DNA of 64,000 nucleotides, from the NCBI GenBank assembly GCA_951812975.1, contig CATOTC010000004.1, forward strand, positions 3,636-67,635, given 5' to 3'. The first letter of the stretch is position 1; each line of letters opens with the position of its first letter. Positions 49,147 to 56,840 of the stretch are shown here, piece after piece. The position numbers and the translations under genes were made by a program. Source of the DNA: an uncultured Acidimicrobiales bacterium (GTDB taxonomy: Bacteria > Actinomycetota > Acidimicrobiia > Acidimicrobiales > Aldehydirespiratoraceae). The notes under the pieces are model-generated. The model was not told the DNA's origin, searched no databases, and saw only the letters and a list, made by a program, of their open reading frames with translations.

Positions 49147-50520
49147 TCAGTCCTCCTCGGGCATGAGTACGAACTCGGGGTAGCTCTCGATTCCCAATTC
49201 CCCTGCATCTTGGCCCAAGCGTTCGACCTGAGCCGAGATGCGGATGCCCAACAGTGAATCCATCGCTCGCCAAAGCACGTAGGAGACGGCGAAAACAAAC
49301 ACGCCGATCGAGACGACCCCGAGCAACTGAATATGGAAACGGCCTCCCGCCGCGATCGTCACTGCCAGCGTTCCCCAGATGCCCGACACGAGGTGGGCAG
49401 GAATAGCACCGACAACATCGTCGATCTTCAACCTCTCCAGCAGTTTCGTAGCCAGCGTGCAGACCAGGCCTCCTACCGCTCCGATGATGATCGCCCACCG
49501 GTGGTCGGTGATTGCCGGACCCGCGGTGATCGCTACAAGCCCGGCGATGGCACCGTTCATCCCTGCGAACAGGTCCATTCGGCCCAACAGGGGCCGTGAG
49601 ACCGCCAGCGCCGCCAGCACGCCCGCTGAAGCCGACAGGTTGGTGTTGACCAGCACGTTGCTCATCGATACTGCGTCGGCTGCGGTTCCCAACGCCAACT
49701 GCGACCCGCCGTTGAAAGCAAACCACCCGAGCCAGAGGATGAACACGCCCAACGTGAAGATCAGGACGTTCGAAGGCGGCGTCGGCTTGACAGTGCCGTC
49801 TGCGCGGAACTTGCCGAGGCGCGGTCCCACGACGATCACGCCGGCGAGTGCAGCCCAACCGCCGGTCCCATGGACGATCGTCGAACCCGCAAAGTCGATA
49901 AACCCCTCTTGGTGCAACCAACCTTTCCCCCAAGTCCATGCACCGACCACCGGGTAGATGAACGCGGTGAGCACGAGCGTGAACAAGAAGAACGGCCAGA
50001 TCTTGATCCTCTCTGCAATGGCACCGGACACGATCGAAGCCGCCGTCGCCACGAAGACCATCTGGAAGAACCAGTCCGACATGACCGCGTATCCATTGTC
50101 TACGACAGCAGCCAGAGCGGAATCGTCGCCGTCTAGCAGCGACACCTCCTCTGGAGAAGTTGAGTAGAAGAACTCGAACGTGCCGATGAAGTCGTCGACT
50201 TCCACATACATCAGGTTGTAGCCCACCAGGAAGTAGGCGAGCCCCGCTATCGAGTAGATGCCGATGTTCTTGAGACAGATCATCGATGCGTTCTTGGTTC
50301 GCACCGCGCCCGACTCCAGCATCGTGAAACCGGCGGCCATCCACATGATCAGTGCGCCCCAGACGAGAAACGCGAAAGTGTTGAAGATGAACTGGGTCTC
50401 ATTGTCGACAGCGGAGTCGGCCGCCGAGGCAAGACCCGGCATGACTGCCACTGAAGTGAGCGTCAATGCGGCCAGGCCAACGATCTTGGGTGCCCTCCGT
50501 GCCCGAAAGAGTTTCGACAC
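49147..50520 (-). CDS. amt: ammonium transporter
   Basis: Amt/MEP signatures (FAGSTIVHGTGGWAAL, 11 TMs). Start set at GTG 50520, preceded by GGGAGG. The ORF track extends to 50574. Confidence 0.92.
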   Translation of the reverse strand: MSKLFRARRAPKIVGLAALTLTSVAVMPGLASAADSAVDNETQFIFNTFAFLVWGALIMWMAAGFTMLESGAVRTKNASMICLKNIGIYSIAGLAYFLVGYNLMYVEVDDFIGTFEFFYSTSPEEVSLLDGDDSALAAVVDNGYAVMSDWFFQMVFVATAASIVSGAIAERIKIWPFFLFTLVLTAFIYPVVGAWTWGKGWLHQEGFIDFAGSTIVHGTGGWAALAGVIVVGPRLGKFRADGTVKPTPPSNVLIFTLGVFILWLGWFAFNGGSQLALGTAADAVSMSNVLVNTNLSASAGVLAALAVSRPLLGRMDLFAGMNGAIAGLVAITAGPAITDHRWAIIIGAVGGLVCTLATKLLERLKIDDVVGAIPAHLVSGIWGTLAVTIAAGGRFHIQLLGVVSIGVFVFAVSYVLWRAMDSLLGIRISAQVERLGQDAGELGIESYPEFVLMPEED

Positions 50521-50615
50521 ATTTCCTCCCGTGGTCGCGTTGCACAACCCCGTCAAGACTCTAGCTTCATGCACCGCCGCAGGTGGGAGAAGCGCGAACG
50601 GCTGCGGCTCCGCTG

Positions 50616-50842
50616 AGAGGCCGAGCGGACAGGCGAGCGAGCCCGGCCCATACGGCGCGAGGCCGCGGCCCGAGCGGCCCGTGAGCGCAAGCGAACAAGA
50701 GCGGGGATGAGAGCCCGAGCGGCCCGTGAGCGCAAGCGAACAAGAGCGGGGATGAGAGCCCGAGCGGCCCGTGAGCGCAAGCGAACAAGAGCGGGGATGA
50801 GAGCCCGAGCGGCCCGTGAGCGCAAGCGAACAAGAGCGGGAG
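50616..50842 (-). repeat. second locus of the modular repeat element (inverted relative to 36827-37101), with a 45-nt unit x3.9
   Basis: The unit cccgagcggcccgtgagcgcaagcgaacaagagcggggatgagag starts at 50669, 50714, 50759 and 50804. Its reverse complement shares cccgctcttgttcgct / gcgctcacgggccgct, gggccgcggcctc and ccgctcggcctct with locus 1. Confidence 0.9.
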
Positions 50843-50912
50843 TGGTACCGCTGCCACCCGACAGGCCCTCGCCTGTTCGGCGGGCACTCCGGGAAACGCT
50901 ACGATCACACCG

Positions 50913-51893
50913 ATGGCCCTCGACTCGAAAGCACAGCCGGACTTTGAGAATCAGCGGGTCTTCCTGACCGGGGGAAGCGGGTTTCTCGGACAGGCGGTGC
51001 AAGCTGCTCTGGCTCGGCGCAGAGTACTCGACGTGGTCGCCCCGACGAGTGCCGAAGTCGACTTTCTGAACTTCGACGCGGCCCTCGGAGCGATCACCGG
51101 CCACGCACCCGACGTCGTCATCCATATGGCTGCGCGAGTTGGTGGCATCGGCGCCAACATGGCGAACCCGGCCCAGTTGTACGTCGAGAACCTGATGCTC
51201 GGCACCAATCTGATCGAGGCATGCAGGATCGCCGGGGTGCCCAAGACCGTGGTCGTGGGCACCATCTGCTCGTATCCCAAACACACTCCGGTCCCCTTCC
51301 AGGAGTCCTCGTTGTGGAACGGCTACCCCGAACAGACCAATGCTCCCTACGGCATCGCCAAGTTGGCACAGCTGGTCCATCTTCAGGCCAACCGGGCCCA
51401 GTACGGCCAGCGCGGCGCCTACCTCATGCCCACGAACCTCTACGGTCCGGGCGACAAGTTCCACCCGGACGTTTCGCACGTCATTCCCGCCCTGATTCGA
51501 AAGTGCGTGATCGCCCGTGAAACGGCCGCCGAGGAGATCGAGGTGTGGGGATCGGGTGGTGCGAGTCGTGAGTTCCTCTACGTCGACGACGCCGCTGAAG
51601 GCATAGTGGTGGCTGCCGAGCACTGGGATGGTCCTGAGCCGGTCAACCTCGGGGCGGACCGCGAGATGCTGGTCAAGGAACTCGTGGAGATCATCGTCGA
51701 ACTGACCCGCTATCGGGGCCATGTCCGCTGGGACAGCAGTCGGCCCGACGGCCAACCCAGGCGCGGCGTCGACGCCTCCCGTGCCCGCGAACTGTTCGGT
51801 TTCACCGCCAACACAGATTTCAGAACCGGCCTCCAGGCCACGATCGAATGGTACCTGGCCAATCGCGAACTGGCGGAGTCCCGCCGGAGTTGA
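50913..51893 (+). CDS. fcl: GDP-L-fucose synthase (GDP-4-keto-6-deoxymannose 3,5-epimerase/4-reductase)
   Basis: LTGGSGFLG and NLYGPGDKFHPDVSHVIPALIRK blocks typical of Fcl/WcaG. Confidence 0.85.
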   Translation: MALDSKAQPDFENQRVFLTGGSGFLGQAVQAALARRRVLDVVAPTSAEVDFLNFDAALGAITGHAPDVVIHMAARVGGIGANMANPAQLYVENLMLGTNLIEACRIAGVPKTVVVGTICSYPKHTPVPFQESSLWNGYPEQTNAPYGIAKLAQLVHLQANRAQYGQRGAYLMPTNLYGPGDKFHPDVSHVIPALIRKCVIARETAAEEIEVWGSGGASREFLYVDDAAEGIVVAAEHWDGPEPVNLGADREMLVKELVEIIVELTRYRGHVRWDSSRPDGQPRRGVDASRARELFGFTANTDFRTGLQATIEWYLANRELAESRRS

Positions 51894-51924
51894 GGCGCCC
51901 GCTCGGGATTCAGGACCACCCGGC

Positions 51925-51996
51925 GATCTCAGACTGCCCTCCGACCTCAGACTGCCCGGCGTTCTAAGACCGCCCGACGATCTCAGACTGGAAATA
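51925..51996. repeat. four 18-nt tandem units spanning the stop codon of the UDP-xylose synthase gene
   Basis: Minus strand reads QSEIVG / RS*NAG / QSEVGG / QSEIAG. The TAG differs from GAG in the sister units by one base. Confidence 0.85.
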
Positions 51997-52905
51997 CTCC
52001 GCGGTTCTCTTGACACCTTCACGAAGCGTGACCACGGGCTCCCAACCAAGAATTTCGCGGGCACGGTTGGTGTCGGGGCGACGGCGCCTGGGGTCGTCGA
52101 CCGGTAGTGGTCGGTACTGGAGCGGCGACGACGAACCGGTCACCTCCACAACGATCTGCGCCAACTCAGAGACGGTGAACTCCTCGGGGCTGCCGATGTT
52201 CACCGGTGCGTGCTCGTCGGACTTGAGCAGGGCGAGGATCCCGCGGACCTGATCATCGACATAACAGAAACTGCGCGTCTGGCTGCCGTCACCGTAAACG
52301 GTGACGGGTTCACCGCTCAGCGCCGCCACAATGAAGTTCGACACCACACGCCCGTCGTTGGGACGCATCCGCGGGCCGTAGGTGTTGAAGATCCGCACGA
52401 TCCGAGTGTCCAAGTCGTGATACTGGAAATAAGCCATCGTGATCGCCTCTGCGAAGCGCTTCGCCTCGTCGTAGACGCCGCGGGGTCCGACGGGATTCAC
52501 GTTGCCCCAATAACTCTCAGCCTGCGGGTGCACCAACGGGTCTCCGTAGACCTCTGATGTCGACGCCAACAAGAATGCGGCCTGTTTCGCCTTGGCCAAA
52601 CCGAGGCTGTTGTGAGTGCCGAGCGAACCGACCTTCAGGGTCTGGATCGGCATCTCCAGATAGTCAACCGGCGAGGCCGGGCTGGCGAAGTGAAGTACCG
52701 CGTCCACCGCGCCGTCGACGTCCACATGGTTAGAAACGTCTTGTTCAACCAGCCTGAACCCACGATGCTCGCTGAGATGGGCGATGTTCGACCGAGCACC
52801 GGTAGCGAAATTGTCGATACAGACGACCTCGTCACCACGGGCGAGCAGACGGTCGCACAGATGCGAGCCGAGGAAGCCTGCGCCACCGGTGACAACCACG
52901 CGCAC
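51964..52905 (-). CDS. UDP-glucuronate decarboxylase (UDP-xylose synthase)
   Basis: [26 protein letters not shown] and YDEAKR blocks. Start at GTG 52905, just after the ugd stop. Confidence 0.88.
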   Translation of the reverse strand: MRVVVTGGAGFLGSHLCDRLLARGDEVVCIDNFATGARSNIAHLSEHRGFRLVEQDVSNHVDVDGAVDAVLHFASPASPVDYLEMPIQTLKVGSLGTHNSLGLAKAKQAAFLLASTSEVYGDPLVHPQAESYWGNVNPVGPRGVYDEAKRFAEAITMAYFQYHDLDTRIVRIFNTYGPRMRPNDGRVVSNFIVAALSGEPVTVYGDGSQTRSFCYVDDQVRGILALLKSDEHAPVNIGSPEEFTVSELAQIVVEVTGSSSPLQYRPLPVDDPRRRRPDTNRAREILGWEPVVTLREGVKRTAEYFQSEIVGRS

Positions 52906-52909
52906 CGTG

Positions 52910-54178
52910 CTAATTCCTCCCGATCCCCTGATAGCTGAAACCCCGGCTGAGCAACGCCTCGCGGTCCATGATGTTGCGAGCATCGACTACGTGGCGCGCA
53001 GCCATGGATTCTGCGACCTTGTCAAGGTCCAGCAGGGAGAACTCGTCCCATTCGGTGGCCACGACGAGGGCCTCGGCAGCTTCTGTGGCCGCGTAGGGAT
53101 CGTCGACCACGACGATCCCGTCAATGTCAACGGTAGTGACGGCGGGATCGTAGGCCTGGACCTTGGCGCCCCGTGCCAACAACAGCTTCGCCACCTCCAG
53201 CGCGGGCGAGTTGCGGGTGTCGTCGGTCCCGGCTTTGAAGGCCAGACCGAGCAGGCCGACAGTGGCTCCCGGCAGTGGGATAACGGACGCAACCTTGCCG
53301 ACGACACGTCTGAACTGTTCGTCGTTGGCTTCGAGGACTCCTCGCATGAGCGAGAAGTCGTATCCCGCGTCCTGTGCCATCGAGATGATCGCCGCCGCGT
53401 CCTTGGGGAGACACGAACCACCCCAACCAGGGCCCGGACGCAGAAACCCCTTGCCGATCCGCTCGTCACAGCCCATCGCTGCGAGCACGTCGGCGACATC
53501 GGCGTCAACAGCCTCACACACCGCAGCTATCGTGTTGACGAAACTGAGCTTGGTGGCCAGAAAGGCATTGGCCGCGTACTTGGTGGTCTCCGCCGAAGCA
53601 GGGTCGGTGATCATGACCGGGGCGCCGATACCACCGTGCAGTTCCGCAACGAGACCAGCCGCGGCCGGATCGTCCGCACCGATCACCACTCGATCAGGGT
53701 TGAGAAAGTCCGCTATCGCGGATCCCTCGCGAAGGAACTCAGGGTTTGACACAACCGCAATGTCTGAGCGACCCATCGCCTGTTCCACCAGCAGCGTCGA
53801 GCCGACCGGAACTGTCGACTTGTTGACGACGACCGCGCCGGGCTTTACGTGCGTGCTGATCTCTGCCGCGGCTGCCTTCAAATAATTCAGATCGACCGAA
53901 CCATCATCGGATTGAGGCGTCGGTACGCAGAGATAGACGAAGTCGGCTTCACCAACAGCATTGGCGCCACCCACAACAAACGACAGACGCCCAGATTCGA
54001 GGCCCTCCGCGACCAACTCGGCGAGACCGGCTTCATGGATCGGCACATCACCGGCTCGCAGACGTTGCACCTTGTCGACATCGATGTCAGCGCACACCAC
54101 ATCGTGGCCGAGATGCGCGAAGCAGGCTCCGGTCGTGAGGCCGACGTACCCCGTTCCGATCACCGCGATCCTGCTCAT
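52910..54178 (-). CDS. ugd: UDP-glucose 6-dehydrogenase
   Basis: [14 protein letters not shown] and catalytic GGSCLPKD. Start at ATG 54178; the 104-codon upstream extension in the ORF track is repeat-derived. Confidence 0.93.
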   Translation of the reverse strand: MSRIAVIGTGYVGLTTGACFAHLGHDVVCADIDVDKVQRLRAGDVPIHEAGLAELVAEGLESGRLSFVVGGANAVGEADFVYLCVPTPQSDDGSVDLNYLKAAAAEISTHVKPGAVVVNKSTVPVGSTLLVEQAMGRSDIAVVSNPEFLREGSAIADFLNPDRVVIGADDPAAAGLVAELHGGIGAPVMITDPASAETTKYAANAFLATKLSFVNTIAAVCEAVDADVADVLAAMGCDERIGKGFLRPGPGWGGSCLPKDAAAIISMAQDAGYDFSLMRGVLEANDEQFRRVVGKVASVIPLPGATVGLLGLAFKAGTDDTRNSPALEVAKLLLARGAKVQAYDPAVTTVDIDGIVVVDDPYAATEAAEALVVATEWDEFSLLDLDKVAESMAARHVVDARNIMDREALLSRGFSYQGIGRN

Positions 54179-54206
54179 GGAACGCCAAGTGTAGAGGGGG
54201 TGCTGT

Positions 54207-54328
54207 GTTGTCGCCGGGCGTCGCTGGTCCCCGGGCGCAACCGGAGCCCCACAGGCCGCGCGGTGCCGGTCGCCGGGCGTTGCTTGTCGCCGGGCGTTGC
54301 TTGTCGCCGAGCGTAACCGGAGCCCCAC
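54207..54328. repeat. degenerate short repeats in the LCP-ugd spacer
   Basis: gtcgccgggcgttgctt x2 tandem (54269-54302) plus partial copies at 54210 and 54303. aaccggagccccac occurs at 54239 and 54315. Confidence 0.85.
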
Positions 54329-54389
54329 CGAAACCCGGAGGAGTGCCCTGGTCGCGAACCGTGCCGGAGGAGCCGGGGTCTGGATGATC

Positions 54390-55961
54390 TCAGGGGCATG
54401 ATTGTCCCTCTGGGGGCCGACCGATGACGCGATCAGGTTCCGCGGAGGTCCCGTCACCGGCGCTCGGCGCGTCCGTCGCCGACTTAGCATCCGTAGCCAC
54501 GCTCGACCCAGCGCCCGACGCAGAGCCTGTCGAACTGGGAACCGCGGCTGACAGGTCCGGGACGGTCACGTTGGTGTGCGCGGCCGCTTCGGTCCGCGTC
54601 TTTTGGAGATCATGCGGGAAGAGGAACGAGATCTGTTCATGGTCGGCACCGAGCACCACACGAATGCCGCTCGATGCAGCATCCTCCACAAGGGCCGGGA
54701 CGGGAATCAGGTAACGCGCAACAGCCTCAGCCTCGGACCGATGACCCGGCGGATACACGACCACGGAGGCTCTGAGGCCGCTCCCGTAGAGGAACCTGGA
54801 GGAAACATTGAACCCGAGGCCGGCGAGCAGGTCGCCGTCCTCGTCGAGCAGGACCTCGTCGGTTGCGTAGAGATCGAAGACCACATCACTCGGGCGGCTC
54901 AGACCGGACGTTCCCCTGAAGATGTCGAACAGCTCCTCGTTGACGTCGGGAACAAGCTCCTCCCCCACATACACACCGTCCTCATCGTGAATCGTGTGGA
55001 CCCGGAGCTCCAGCCGAGTGAGGTTCTCGGGGTTGAAATCGCTGAACACCCTGCCCAGGTCGATCAACTCAAGTGGCGTGAGCTCGCTGTCGAGCACCAC
55101 GCTGCTCGCCCCCGATTCGATCAGACCGGCCAGGGCGGTGGGATTGCGGGCACCCCGGTTGACCGCACGACTCAGCGCGAGAACCAGAAAGTCCTGCTGG
55201 CGTTCAATGCGTCCGAAATCGGAGTTGCCGACCAACACCCAGCGGCCGTCGACAAACTCTTCATAGGAGCGGGACCGCACATAGGCGAGTGCGGAAGCCC
55301 CGTCGAGGACATGACAGCCGCCCTCGACGATATTGAGACCCGAGTTGAGGTCGCGGGCGGGCCGGTCGAACCAGACCGGAACACCGTTCAAAACATCGAC
55401 CAACTCACGAAAGCCCAGGAAGTCGATCTCTACGTAGTGGTTGATCTCGACGCCGAAATGCGAGGTCACCGTCTCGACGAGGGTCTCGGGACCGCCGATC
55501 AACAATGCCGCGTTGATCCGGTACGTGCCTGCTCCGGGGATGTGGTCGGTGATCAGGTCACGCGGGATCGACAACATCCACGCCTGACCAGACGTCGGAT
55601 CAACCCGCAGGATGGTGATGCTGTCGGCGTTGAATGTGCCGCGGGCGTCATAGGTCCGCCCGATGTGTATCGGGTCGTCGGGATCGATTCCCAGAGCGCT
55701 GTCGTTGCCGATCAACAGGAAGTTGACAGGATCGCCCGGCTCGGTATCGGTGATGAGGATCTCACCGGAGATCTCAACGCGTCCGAAACCCGACACCGCG
55801 TCCTGGATGTTCCCGATGACCCAGGCTGCGACGAAAGCGGAGACGATGACGACGAGACACAACACCATGACGATGCGTTGCGGCCAGGAACGGCGCAGTA
55901 CGACCCTTCGTTGGGTTGGGGGCGTTCGTTGGTTGACGGGCGGCGTCGGGACCTCTGACAC
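54390..55961 (-). CDS. LytR-CpsA-Psr (LCP) family glycopolymer ligase
   Basis: N-terminal TM, LCP core (NFLLIGNDS, SITILRVDP, SIPRDL), a LytR_C-like region and a Ser/Ala-rich tail. Confidence 0.88.
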   Translation of the reverse strand: MSEVPTPPVNQRTPPTQRRVVLRRSWPQRIVMVLCLVVIVSAFVAAWVIGNIQDAVSGFGRVEISGEILITDTEPGDPVNFLLIGNDSALGIDPDDPIHIGRTYDARGTFNADSITILRVDPTSGQAWMLSIPRDLITDHIPGAGTYRINAALLIGGPETLVETVTSHFGVEINHYVEIDFLGFRELVDVLNGVPVWFDRPARDLNSGLNIVEGGCHVLDGASALAYVRSRSYEEFVDGRWVLVGNSDFGRIERQQDFLVLALSRAVNRGARNPTALAGLIESGASSVVLDSELTPLELIDLGRVFSDFNPENLTRLELRVHTIHDEDGVYVGEELVPDVNEELFDIFRGTSGLSRPSDVVFDLYATDEVLLDEDGDLLAGLGFNVSSRFLYGSGLRASVVVYPPGHRSEAEAVARYLIPVPALVEDAASSGIRVVLGADHEQISFLFPHDLQKTRTEAAAHTNVTVPDLSAAVPSSTGSASGAGSSVATDAKSATDAPSAGDGTSAEPDRVIGRPPEGQSCP

Positions 55962-56009
55962 ATTGCGGAGCGTAGTGGTGCCGGAGCCGACCGCGATGCT
56001 CCACAGCGG

Positions 56010-56840
56010 CTAGGTGTCGGATCGCAGGTGGATCACGTCTCCGGTCGTGATGGTCATGTTCGTCGCGTCATCGCAGCGGACCAGCAGGTGGCCCTCGTCG
56101 CTGAGCCCGGTCGCCTCCCCCACCACGAATCGGTCCCCTGCCATCTCGACCCTGACCCTGGTTCCGAGGGTCGCCGAGTTGTTGCGAAGTTCCTCGAGGA
56201 CCGAGGTCGGATCAGCGAACCGGGACGCCAACTCAGTCAGCAAGTTGGACAACAACAGGTCGCGGTCCTCGAGACTCCCCCGCTGAACCATCCCGCACTC
56301 CACCATTGAGGTCGCTGCCATCGAGGTCGCCCCCGGCTGGAGCTTGATCGCGCCGACGTTGATCCCGACGCCGACCACCACCGATTCGGCCGGCTCGGCT
56401 ATGTACTCGGCCAGCACGCCGCCGAGTTTGCCCGGAGCGGGACCATCAACGACGACCAGGTCGTTGGGCCATTTCGTCAATACGGTCGAGGTGGTCAGTT
56501 GATCGGCCGCACAGCGCGCCGCCGCACCCACCGCGGCCACAACGCTCGCAGCACGATCCGGACTCGCCACAACACGATCCAGAGGCAGACGAATGCTCAC
56601 CAACAGCGCTTTCCCGGGCTCATCGTCCCACTGGCGCCCCAAACGGCCCCGGCCCGCACTCTGGTGATCGGCAACCAGCACCGCCGGCGACACGGAACCG
56701 GCACGCGCTTCAGCTGCGAGGTCAAGATTCGTGGACCCTGTAACCTCTACGTGGCGCAGGGGTCCCAAGCCCGTAGCGTCGGCAACGCGGCTGCTCGCCG
56801 CCAACAGATCTCCCCTCGATGTCGCAACCTCATGGCTCAT
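56010..56840 (-). CDS. birA: biotin-[acetyl-CoA-carboxylase] ligase (no N-terminal HTH)
   Basis: GRGRLGRQW motif. 276 aa from ATG 56840. The remainder of the 614-aa track ORF is antisense to accA. Confidence 0.88.
   Translation of the reverse strand: MSHEVATSRGDLLAASSRVADATGLGPLRHVEVTGSTNLDLAAEARAGSVSPAVLVADHQSAGRGRLGRQWDDEPGKALLVSIRLPLDRVVASPDRAASVVAAVGAAARCAADQLTTSTVLTKWPNDLVVVDGPAPGKLGGVLAEYIAEPAESVVVGVGINVGAIKLQPGATSMAATSMVECGMVQRGSLEDRDLLLSNLLTELASRFADPTSVLEELRNNSATLGTRVRVEMAGDRFVVGEATGLSDEGHLLVRCDDATNMTITTGDVIHLRSDT

Noticed and set aside
49115-50344. 409-aa ORF in another frame of the amt region
   Set aside because: The Amt frame has clear transporter signatures, whereas this frame is Arg/Gly-rich with no TM pattern.
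50669-50842. Possible CRISPR array (regular 45-nt periodicity)
   Set aside because: The units are contiguous and identical with no unique spacers, and no cas genes are present. It is a plain tandem repeat.
50553-52064. 503-aa ORF on the minus strand
   Set aside because: It is antisense to fcl. Its C-terminal part is merely a translation of the 45-nt tandem repeat (ALVRLRSRAARALIP x4).
54179-54490. 104-codon N-terminal extension of the ugd ORF
   Set aside because: It translates the repeat-rich spacer and overlaps the LCP gene end. The Rossmann motif begins right after ATG 54178.
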